From IMG/VR virus record IMGVR_UViG_3300033145_002422: a stretch of DNA of 64,000 nt. One strand, given 5' to 3'. Source of the DNA: a virus. Lineage: Duplodnaviria; Caudoviricetes. The position numbers and the translations under genes were made by a program. Positions 56,151 through 64,000 of the stretch are shown one piece after another (within the stretch, counting starts at the first letter, position 1; every line of letters starts with the position of its first letter). The notes beneath the pieces were generated by a model. The model was not told where the DNA came from, made no database searches, and saw only the letters and a program-made list of their open reading frames with translations.

Positions 56151-58025
56151 ATGCCAAGAAAAGAATGGAAATCAATTTCAGATATGATAAGTCAAGCCGC
56201 TACTGTTATTGATGTGTCTGAGATCACCAGTGAAAAGTTTATTCCTGATATTATTACTTTTTGTGAGCATCCAGATTATTTAGATATGAAATCTAGTAAT
56301 ATAGAATTATATCCTATGCAAAGAATAATGTTGAAGGTTTTTTATAGGGGTTCTGTAGGCAACGAGCTTGTTACTTTAACAGAAGAAGAGATGGAATTGT
56401 GTAGGGTATTGAATCTTGACAATCCTGATAATGGAGATGTATTAGGAAAATATAAAAGTATTGAAAGGTTTAGAGAATTAGTTTTAGTGTGGGGTCGTCG
56501 TAGCGGAAAAGATTTTATTTCCTCAGTTGTCGCCCTATATGAGGCTATGAAACTATTAGAATGTCAGAGTGGAGATCCATATATTACATATAATATAGGT
56601 TCTGCTAATCCAATAACTATTTTGACTATTGCGACTGCTAAAGATCAAGCTGATATAGCTTTTCAGGAAGTAAAGGATAAATTATTAAGAAGTAGATATT
56701 TCAAAGATAAAATAGGACAAGATGCGATACAATCTCAGTCTATTTGTTTACTTACTCCAAAAGATAGGAAAGATAATAAAGAATATAAGGAAAGAAGATT
56801 ACCTCTTAAAAAAGGATCTATTGTTATTGAGGTTGGTCACAGTAATTCAGATTCATTGTTAGGTAAAAGTATTTTTGTTTTAATATTAGATGAAGTAGCA
56901 GCATACAAAAATACAGGTGGGTCTTCTGGTGGAGATAGGATATATACAGCTTTAACTCCTTCTTTGAATACATTCGTTAGAAATGAGAAATATATCGATA
57001 CCGATGGAAAAACGGTAGTTAGAAAAGTATATGATAGTAAAATAGTAAGTATTTCTTCTCCAAGAGGCCAGGATGGGATATTCTATAATTTGTTTAGAGA
57101 AAGCGACAATGTTCCTAGTAGATTAGGATGTAGATTACCAACGTGGTCAGTTAATCCAAATCAGGAAGAAGAATATTTAAGACAGACAAATTCTCATATG
57201 ACAGAAGAAATGTTTCAAATGGAATTTGGAGCAGAATTTTCAGGAACTGCTAGTGAAAATTTCTTTCCACGAGAAGTTGTTGAAATGTGTTTTACTCATT
57301 CATTAAAATTAAGAGATATAGGAGAACCTGGAAAAGTTTATTTTGCTCATTTAGATCCAGCTACAACGAGTCATAATTATGCTCTTGTTATTGTACATAA
57401 AGAGTTTTTTATTCATCCAGAAACTAAAAAAGCAGATTATATTATTATTGTTGACCATGTAAAATATTGGCAACCAGATATAGGAAAGCCAGTTAATGAA
57501 GAAGAAGTTGATGAATACGTTATTGGTTTACGAAGAAGGTTTCATCTAGGATTGGTAACATATGATCAATGGAATAGCAGTAAGAGTATATTAAAACTTA
57601 GAAAACATGGAATGCCAGCTAAAAAGACAGCATTTAGTAAAAGATATAAAAATATTATATATGATGAATTATATAGATTAGCAGTTGGGGAAAGGCTGAA
57701 AATACCTTACCATAATTTTTTGAAGGGGGAGATGATGAATTTGCAGAGAAAATATACTCCGAATGGATATAGAGTTTATCCGAAAAGAGATGGTGAGTAT
57801 ACTACTGATGATATTGTAGACTGCGTTGCTGGAGCTTGTTACGATTCTATTTCTGCTGAAATTACAAGACTTCCTGTAGGAAGATTAGTTAACACAGGTT
57901 ATTCTCCGAGTAGTGGTGATGTTGCTTGGAGAAGTATGCAGGGAACCTTATATGGCGTTGGTTCTGGAGAAAGGGTTTCAAAGGAATTGGAAAAAAGAGC
58001 TTCATGGCCTGGATATAAAAGATAA
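56151..58025 (+). CDS. terL: terminase large subunit
   Basis: WGRRSGKD Walker A, LILDEVA Walker B, SISSPRG, AHLDPA and DDIVD nuclease residues. Confidence 0.9.
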   Translation: MPRKEWKSISDMISQAATVIDVSEITSEKFIPDIITFCEHPDYLDMKSSNIELYPMQRIMLKVFYRGSVGNELVTLTEEEMELCRVLNLDNPDNGDVLGKYKSIERFRELVLVWGRRSGKDFISSVVALYEAMKLLECQSGDPYITYNIGSANPITILTIATAKDQADIAFQEVKDKLLRSRYFKDKIGQDAIQSQSICLLTPKDRKDNKEYKERRLPLKKGSIVIEVGHSNSDSLLGKSIFVLILDEVAAYKNTGGSSGGDRIYTALTPSLNTFVRNEKYIDTDGKTVVRKVYDSKIVSISSPRGQDGIFYNLFRESDNVPSRLGCRLPTWSVNPNQEEEYLRQTNSHMTEEMFQMEFGAEFSGTASENFFPREVVEMCFTHSLKLRDIGEPGKVYFAHLDPATTSHNYALVIVHKEFFIHPETKKADYIIIVDHVKYWQPDIGKPVNEEEVDEYVIGLRRRFHLGLVTYDQWNSSKSILKLRKHGMPAKKTAFSKRYKNIIYDELYRLAVGERLKIPYHNFLKGEMMNLQRKYTPNGYRVYPKRDGEYTTDDIVDCVAGACYDSISAEITRLPVGRLVNTGYSPSSGDVAWRSMQGTLYGVGSGERVSKELEKRASWPGYKR

Positions 58026-58095
58026 ATAATAGAAGGATTTATCTATATTTTATTTAAAATAAAGAATTGAAAGATTATCTATTGGAGAATGAGAA

Positions 58096-59112
58096 ATGTT
58101 TAATTTGAATAAAAATTCCAAGGAACAGAGAAAAATAGCCCAAAACGTTGTTGTAATAACTGAAAAAATGCTTATTGAAAATAATGAAAAACTTGGACTG
58201 GAACCAAATGAGGAAGATGGAAACTATAATAAGCTCTTGGAAAGCGATAGGGAGAACTCTGTTGGAGATAAGAATTATGAAAAATTATTAGCAGATGTTA
58301 GAGTTGAATCATCTGATGATAAATCTATTTTAGAGTCAGTTCTTAATAATACTAAAGATACCATGAATAAGCTCAGAGACGAAGAAACTAATGTTCCTTT
58401 AATGGATTTTGCTAAAAAGAATGTAGTTGAAAAAGAAAAAACATATCAAAAAGCTATAAATGCTAGCGATAGCGATACATCTTTTTGGGATAAGTATGTT
58501 GGTCAGCAATTAGATAAAGATCAAATTACAAAAATAACTAATAATATACAGTCTAGTCAACTAGTTTCTAATTATGATACGAGAGAAAATTTTAATAAAG
58601 AAAACCCATCTATTGGAAAGAAAGTCCCTGTGGCAGTTGATGAGATTTTAAAAGATGCAGATGCCATGTTGTATTTTATATATAGAACGGCGGCAGAAGG
58701 GTCTAGGGAACTTAACGACAAAGAGAAGCAAATAATTACTGATATTAATTCTGGTAAGATTAGAATACTTTCTCAGTTTAAACAAGAACAAAATTTATCT
58801 GAAGAAGAATGGGATGAATTGATGAGAGAAGAAAAAATGCTTATGGAAGCAGATGATACAGAATCTCAGGAAATAGCAGAAGCTAATTTAACAGATACTT
58901 TAAATGACCAAAAAATGGAAGATGGATTGGAATTTGGGGATCAATTTTCCCAGAAACAGGATGATTGGGAAACACAGGAAGAGGCAGATGCTTCGCGTAG
59001 GCTCAATAAAGAACAAGAGATATTGAGAGGGGGCATAGATCCGGTAACGGGAGAGTATGGTCGTCATTCCGATACTCCTTCTTTAGATCAACCATGGTGG
59101 GGAGATAGATAA
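58096..59112 (+). CDS. acidic hypothetical (possible head) protein
   Basis: 338 aa ORF with RBS. Confidence 0.7.
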   Translation: MFNLNKNSKEQRKIAQNVVVITEKMLIENNEKLGLEPNEEDGNYNKLLESDRENSVGDKNYEKLLADVRVESSDDKSILESVLNNTKDTMNKLRDEETNVPLMDFAKKNVVEKEKTYQKAINASDSDTSFWDKYVGQQLDKDQITKITNNIQSSQLVSNYDTRENFNKENPSIGKKVPVAVDEILKDADAMLYFIYRTAAEGSRELNDKEKQIITDINSGKIRILSQFKQEQNLSEEEWDELMREEKMLMEADDTESQEIAEANLTDTLNDQKMEDGLEFGDQFSQKQDDWETQEEADASRRLNKEQEILRGGIDPVTGEYGRHSDTPSLDQPWWGDR

Positions 59113-59330
59113 TGAAAATTATAAAAAAATCAGATATTGGAGAAAGAAGATTTAGAGTAGGTATTTATGTGGATATTTTTGTTCCTGAAACTGATAATTT
59201 AGAAGTAGATAGGATGACCGCATCTATGAAAGCAGAAGAAATCGTAAGGAAAATTCCTAATAATGCGTATTTGGGAGATGTTGCTCATTATACCCCAAGA
59301 CTTGATAAGCCATTAGATAGGGATATATAA
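59112..59330 (+). CDS. hypothetical protein
   Basis: coupled TAATG junction. Confidence 0.65.
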   Translation: MKIIKKSDIGERRFRVGIYVDIFVPETDNLEVDRMTASMKAEEIVRKIPNNAYLGDVAHYTPRLDKPLDRDI

Positions 59331-59333
59331 TTA

Positions 59334-59789
59334 ATGAATTTTTATAAAAGAATGAAATTATCATTTCGTGGAAATATTCCGAGAATGGATGAAATGGATG
59401 ATTTAGACCCATACAAAAAGCACAAGCCTGGTGATGGTAATGGATTAGAAATGAAAACGCCAGGTGACGAAGAAGGCTGGAGTGGACTTGGGACTAGAGT
59501 GAGGGGTAAAGATTTTCCGAAGAATATAATGCAAAAAGATGATTATGATTTACAGAGGGATAAAGACATCCCTACTGTTGATCATGCATTAATGGGAGAA
59601 AATGCTCCGCTTCCAGGTGATACCGGGGTAGATAATGGAGAACTTTATGATAGCGATTCGCCATTGAGCATGGAGAGAACAGTTGCTGATAAATTAGAAG
59701 GTCATTACAGTAATCCTAATGGACCTCATAATATGAATGGTGGTGGAAGATTAGGATTATATAGAAGATTAAGAGAAAGGATTAGATAA
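59334..59789 (+). CDS. MNFYK-tagged hypothetical protein
   Basis: MNFYKRMKLS variant of tag. Confidence 0.7.
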   Translation: MNFYKRMKLSFRGNIPRMDEMDDLDPYKKHKPGDGNGLEMKTPGDEEGWSGLGTRVRGKDFPKNIMQKDDYDLQRDKDIPTVDHALMGENAPLPGDTGVDNGELYDSDSPLSMERTVADKLEGHYSNPNGPHNMNGGGRLGLYRRLRERIR

Positions 59790-59799
59790 GGAGGTTATT

Positions 59800-60477
59800 A
59801 TGTCAAAATATATGGTGAATAAGGGGTTAAAAGGAATACTGATTTTAGATGCTGTAAAATTAGATTTGAATCCTGGGCAAGTTTTTAATCTTACAGAAGA
59901 TCAACTTAAAGATAATCAAGTAAAGATATCTATTAGACAAGGATATATATCTCTTGTAGAATCTGTTGAAAAAGAGAAAATAGTAGTAGATAAAAAGTTA
60001 ACTTCTGTCAAGATTGCTAAAAAGGTAGAAATTAAACCGGAAGAAGTTGAAGAAGTTGAAGAGAAAACGAATATGTCTTCTTGGGATGCTTATAACGGAA
60101 AATTGGCAGACAAAGAAGCAAGTGCTAAATTAGTTAGCGAACAAATGAAGTCAAACAAGCAGAAAAAAGTTCAAAAAGGAGATGTAGATTTCAAAAAAGG
60201 AGAAATAGTCAAAAAGAAAAGAGTAAGAAAGAGTAAGAAAAATGCTAAAGAAGTAAAAAAGGAAACTAAATTAAATAAATCCTCAAAAAAATCTAAAATA
60301 AATAGGATATTTGATGAAGCTGTCGAAGAAGTTGATGTTGCTTTTGTTGATTCTAATAAGAAAGTTGAAGAATTATCTTTTGTTGACCAAGAGCAGGAGG
60401 CGGAGAGGCTTAAGAGGCATCCCATATTGTCAAAAAAGAATAAGGATATTGTTCAACAAAATGGAGATGTATCGTAA
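59800..60477 (+). CDS. Lys/Glu-rich hypothetical protein
   Basis: AAGGAGG RBS. Confidence 0.7.
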   Translation: MSKYMVNKGLKGILILDAVKLDLNPGQVFNLTEDQLKDNQVKISIRQGYISLVESVEKEKIVVDKKLTSVKIAKKVEIKPEEVEEVEEKTNMSSWDAYNGKLADKEASAKLVSEQMKSNKQKKVQKGDVDFKKGEIVKKKRVRKSKKNAKEVKKETKLNKSSKKSKINRIFDEAVEEVDVAFVDSNKKVEELSFVDQEQEAERLKRHPILSKKNKDIVQQNGDVS

Positions 60478-60610
60478 TTAAATGAAATATATTTTTACAT
60501 CTAAAAATAAGGATAAAAAGAAAAAAGCAAGAAAAAAGAAATTCAAAAATTATTGGAAAATATTAGAACCTATCCAATATGTTGAATTGCTTGTAAAAGG
60601 TTTGTAATCA

Positions 60611-60645
60611 AAAGCCTAAGCGGAATTTATACTGCTTGGGCTTTA
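60611..60645 (+). terminator. intrinsic terminator
   Basis: AAAGCCTAAGCGG...CTGCTTGGGCTTTT. Confidence 0.65.
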
Positions 60646-60694
60646 TTATAACAATATACAAGGAAATGCTATTTTTTTATGTAATTTAATATTA

Positions 60695-61510
60695 ATGGAT
60701 AATATGTGGGAAATAATTGTTAAAGAGTTGTCTTACCATGGCATAAAAATTGTTAATGATAAGATATGTCAATATAGTGATGAAAACAGGATTAGGACTA
60801 TTTCCATAGAGAAATGTATAGCTATTTTTAGAGGAAAAATGTCTGTTAATATAAAAGAATTTATGAAATTATGGAAAGAAGTAGGTAACGTTTTGAATTC
60901 TCAAGATGTTCAATTTTATAATGAAGCTATTGATTATAAAAGTGTAAATCTTTTTATAGAATCTATGAAAGATCTATTTAAATTTGGAATGTTTGTTTCG
61001 GAAAATTATGGTTGTTATTATGAAGCAATAGTAAAAACAGGAGTTTTGAATGTAATAAGAAACTCTATTGATAAAGATTATAAGCAATTTTCTAAAGAAA
61101 TAATATTGTCTATTCCTGACTATAAAATTACTCTTGATTGGATATATAGAAGAAATTCTATATTAACATATTTAATAAAACTTTTGAAATTTGCTAAAAC
61201 TGGACAAAAAAACGTTTGTAAATATGTTATAAAAACGGCTAGAGGAGTTCAAGGTCCATGGGGTAATTTAGATCTTCCTATGTTGGAGCGTAAATTCCCA
61301 TGGGATGATATAGAGGAAGAAATAAGAGGAAGAGATAGAGATATTAAGAGACAAAGAAGATATAGAATGGGTCTCGAAAACTATAACAACGATGGTCGAG
61401 TCGGCGAGGGCTATTACTGGCGGGAGATCAGAAATGAGCCGTTTTCTTGGTATAATAGGGCAGATGATAGCCCTTATCCACAAAGAGACACATTGGGAAA
61501 TTGGGGGTAA
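60695..61510 (+). CDS. hypothetical protein
   Basis: 271 aa; 3' end duplicated downstream. Confidence 0.75.
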   Translation: MDNMWEIIVKELSYHGIKIVNDKICQYSDENRIRTISIEKCIAIFRGKMSVNIKEFMKLWKEVGNVLNSQDVQFYNEAIDYKSVNLFIESMKDLFKFGMFVSENYGCYYEAIVKTGVLNVIRNSIDKDYKQFSKEIILSIPDYKITLDWIYRRNSILTYLIKLLKFAKTGQKNVCKYVIKTARGVQGPWGNLDLPMLERKFPWDDIEEEIRGRDRDIKRQRRYRMGLENYNNDGRVGEGYYWREIRNEPFSWYNRADDSPYPQRDTLGNWG

Positions 61511-61626
61511 TGAGAAAAAGAGACTTGAAAAGTTCAAATTTTGATCAAAAAATTCTCATAATAAAAAAGGAATATGAACTAAATCCTCTAATTATAGCAT
61601 AGAAAGCTATTTTTGGAGGATTTTTT

Positions 61627-62322
61627 ATGTTTGATTTTTCTGATAATAAGAAAGATTTTTTTATTTGCCCCGAATGCAATAGGGAATTTGTTTCGTCTCA
61701 TAAGCATAGGAAATATTGTTCTGATGAATGTTTCAAATTGTCTCGTTACAAGTATGTAAAAGATAAAGATAAACAAAGATATATTCAGAACAGAATATGT
61801 AAGCACTGCGGAGAAGTCGTTAAATCAGCTAGAAAAGATTTATATAGCGGAGGATGTTGTAAAAAGACAGAATGTATAGAGGCGGAAAAGAAACATAGAC
61901 AGAGGTTGGCTTCTAAAAAATATTATAACAAAAATCGGAAAAGACCAGTTAGAGATAAAAGGAGCGATTCAGAAGCATCTAAAAAATATCGAAAATTACA
62001 CAGGCAGAGAATAAATAAAAAGGACCAATATAGAAAAAAGAAAAACAGGGAATGGATTGCTAATTTGAAAAGAAAATCTCGATGCATAAAATGTAATGAT
62101 AATAGGTTTTATTGTTTAGATTTTCATCATTTAAATCCAGAAGAAAAAGACTTTAGTATTTCTCACGCTATATCAAGGAAATATGGCAAAGAAAGAATAT
62201 TAAAAGAAATAGAGAAGTGTATTGTTCTGTGCAAAAATTGCCATAGCGAAGTTCATTATTTAATGGAAACTGATGGCGATTTTAATTTAGAAGTGTGGCT
62301 GAATTGTAAAGGTATTTTGTGA
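61627..62322 (+). CDS. Zn-finger + HNH homing endonuclease
   Basis: CPECNREF...YCSDEC; CIKC...LDFHH...EIEKCIVLCKNCH. Confidence 0.85.
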   Translation: MFDFSDNKKDFFICPECNREFVSSHKHRKYCSDECFKLSRYKYVKDKDKQRYIQNRICKHCGEVVKSARKDLYSGGCCKKTECIEAEKKHRQRLASKKYYNKNRKRPVRDKRSDSEASKKYRKLHRQRINKKDQYRKKKNREWIANLKRKSRCIKCNDNRFYCLDFHHLNPEEKDFSISHAISRKYGKERILKEIEKCIVLCKNCHSEVHYLMETDGDFNLEVWLNCKGIL

Positions 62323-62374
62323 AAAAGTATGTAAAATGATATTAGAGACATTCTTTAATTATAGGAATCAAGAT

Positions 62375-62662
62375 ATGAAAGTTATAAAAACCAGCCAATT
62401 TGAGGATTATAAAAATAAGCAATACACTTATGATTTAGTACTCCTTCCCCTGAGCCATGAGCCGGAAAATACGGGAACAAAGGTTTTATTTACCACGGTG
62501 GCAGATTCGGATGAAGAGGCAGAGCAGCATTTAGAAAGAAGTATTAGATTGAATATTATACCCCTTGACAAAGGTGATAGAATTAAATATTACATATCTA
62601 ATGGATTGGCGAAATGGAATAAGAATTTGAGACCTATCGTTAAAGAAGATACGGAGTTTTGA
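62375..62662 (+). CDS. hypothetical protein inside the repeat-bounded cassette
   Basis: AGGA RBS; MKVIKTSQ. Confidence 0.6.
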   Translation: MKVIKTSQFEDYKNKQYTYDLVLLPLSHEPENTGTKVLFTTVADSDEEAEQHLERSIRLNIIPLDKGDRIKYYISNGLAKWNKNLRPIVKEDTEF

Positions 62663-62789
62663 TTATGGGAAAAGAGATAACCGAGGGCTATTACTGGCGG
62701 GAGATCAGAAATGAGCCGTTTTCTTGGTATAATAGGGCAGATGATAGCCCTTATCCACAAAGAGACACATTGGGAAATTGGGGGTAATT

Positions 62790-63224
62790 ATGAAAATAGT
62801 ATATTCACAATCTGTAGTTGATTTTCTTGTAGATATGTTTCCACAATTTTCTGGAAAAATTAAGCGAGGAAAACATTATATAGATGTAAAAGCTGCTAAT
62901 TGTCTTTATTCTATTTGGAATAATGAAAAAAATCAATTGTCTGATAAAATGCTTAAATCTCCATCTAATGTAAAGGATTCTGAATTAACTTTGATGCAAC
63001 AAGAAGGTTTGGTAAAAAAGATGGGTTCAAATATAGAAATAACTGAAAAGGGTAAGGAAATTATTAAGATAATGATACTCGGAGATGATAGATCTATATT
63101 TGATAATAATAAAAATCAGATAGATTTTAAGATAGCATCTCAAAATGTTGATACTCCAGCAAAGTTAAAAAAACAAAAGAAAAAAGTCGAAGATATGTGG
63201 TGGGGAAATTTGTTTAGGAGATAG
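62790..63224 (+). CDS. hypothetical protein (winged-helix-like)
   Basis: MQQEGLVK...IEITEKGKEII. Confidence 0.65.
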   Translation: MKIVYSQSVVDFLVDMFPQFSGKIKRGKHYIDVKAANCLYSIWNNEKNQLSDKMLKSPSNVKDSELTLMQQEGLVKKMGSNIEITEKGKEIIKIMILGDDRSIFDNNKNQIDFKIASQNVDTPAKLKKQKKKVEDMWWGNLFRR

Positions 63225-63227
63225 GTT

Positions 63228-63620
63228 ATGTCGCATGTAGAAGTTTTTAATCTTATTATAAAAGATATCAAGATGGAATGTTTTAAGAGAGACTTACAGT
63301 GGTACGATATAAAGAAGCATGAAATGTTAAAGTTCAATTGTTCAAAATTAGAGTTTATAAGAACGTATGATAACGAATTAAAAGAATATAGGGTATTACC
63401 AAAAGCTGTTAATGAAGAAATTAAAAAAATAAGAAATATACAAGATGAATCATCTGTAGATAAGTGGTTTAATAGATATTTAAATTATAATAATATAGAT
63501 GCTTATGTTACTTCAAATTCTATTGATAGCATTACGTTTTATGTTGATGAAGAAGAAGATTTAAAAGATTTTTTATATGACCTTGAAAGAAATAATTTTA
63601 GATTTTCTGTAACGAGCTAA
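63228..63620 (+). CDS. hypothetical protein
   Basis: 130 aa ORF with RBS. Confidence 0.65.
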   Translation: MSHVEVFNLIIKDIKMECFKRDLQWYDIKKHEMLKFNCSKLEFIRTYDNELKEYRVLPKAVNEEIKKIRNIQDESSVDKWFNRYLNYNNIDAYVTSNSIDSITFYVDEEEDLKDFLYDLERNNFRFSVTS

Positions 63621-63621
63621 T

Positions 63622-64000
63622 ATGGAAACAAAAAATAAAGATCATCCTATTTTATATGCAGAAGTTGTAGAAACTCTTGCTGATACAGCAAGGGGTTTGA
63701 TGTTTAGAAAAACTCTTCCTCCAAGTGCTGGTATGCTATTTAAATTTAAGTATCCAAGACAGTTAAAATTTTGGGGAGATAATACATATATTCCATTAGA
63801 TATAGCTTTCGTAAAAGAGAATGGTAAGATAGATCAAATAGCGAAGATATCTCCATTATCTAGAAAAGTTATTTGTAGTAATGGAGATTGTGTTATGGCA
63901 ATAGAGGCTAATGATGGATTCTTTAATAATAATATGATAAAAATAGGAGATATTATAGAAATAGAGAAAGATGGGATAGGTGGTTGTTGTATATCTTTTA
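63622..64000 (+). CDS. DUF192 family protein (runs off window)
   Basis: ARGLMFRKTL...GMLFKF...FWGDNTYIPLDIAFV...AIEAN. Confidence 0.8.
   Translation, partial: METKNKDHPILYAEVVETLADTARGLMFRKTLPPSAGMLFKFKYPRQLKFWGDNTYIPLDIAFVKENGKIDQIAKISPLSRKVICSNGDCVMAIEANDGFFNNNMIKIGDIIEIEKDGIGGCCISF

Larger units (their letters stand above)
61405..62788 (+). repeat. 107-bp perfect direct repeat flanking HNH cassette
   Basis: 61405-61511 identical to 62682-62788. Confidence 0.93.

Noticed and set aside
61405-62788. DGR template/variable repeat pair
   Set aside because: The copies are identical with no adenine-specific mismatches, and no reverse transcriptase is in the window.

Overview
This window looks like part of a large (jumbo-type) tailed dsDNA phage genome in the standard genetic code. 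Evidence includes a terminase large subunit, class II RNR, dUTPase, SNF2-type helicase, FliA/WhiG-type sigma factor, GH24 lysozyme, many HNH/homing endonucleases and tRNA-Gln. Several genes weakly suggest a Planctomycetota/PVC host. The window has two very different parts. (1) About 1-15.2 kb, visibly higher GC: a co-oriented array of tiny genes, tRNA/tRNA-like and other structured RNAs. Almost every unit ends at a strand-specific heptamer CACCTGA plus an A/T tract (about 45 exact copies by eye, none seen on the + strand after 14.9 kb). This is the best candidate for an undescribed cassette or regulatory system. (2) About 15.4-64 kb, very AT-rich core genome. It carries at least 10 otherwise unrelated proteins with a shared M-[NS]-W-Y-K N-terminal tag (candidate capsid-targeting/propeptide signal), a glycan-modification cluster, a queuosine-salvage hydrolase and two LAGLIDADG inteins. 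It also has an AAA+ ATPase fractured by an atypical split intein (24-aa IntN) with a free-standing endonuclease between the halves, and an HNH cassette flanked by a perfect 107-bp direct repeat. All family calls come from motif recognition by eye; no database searches were run.
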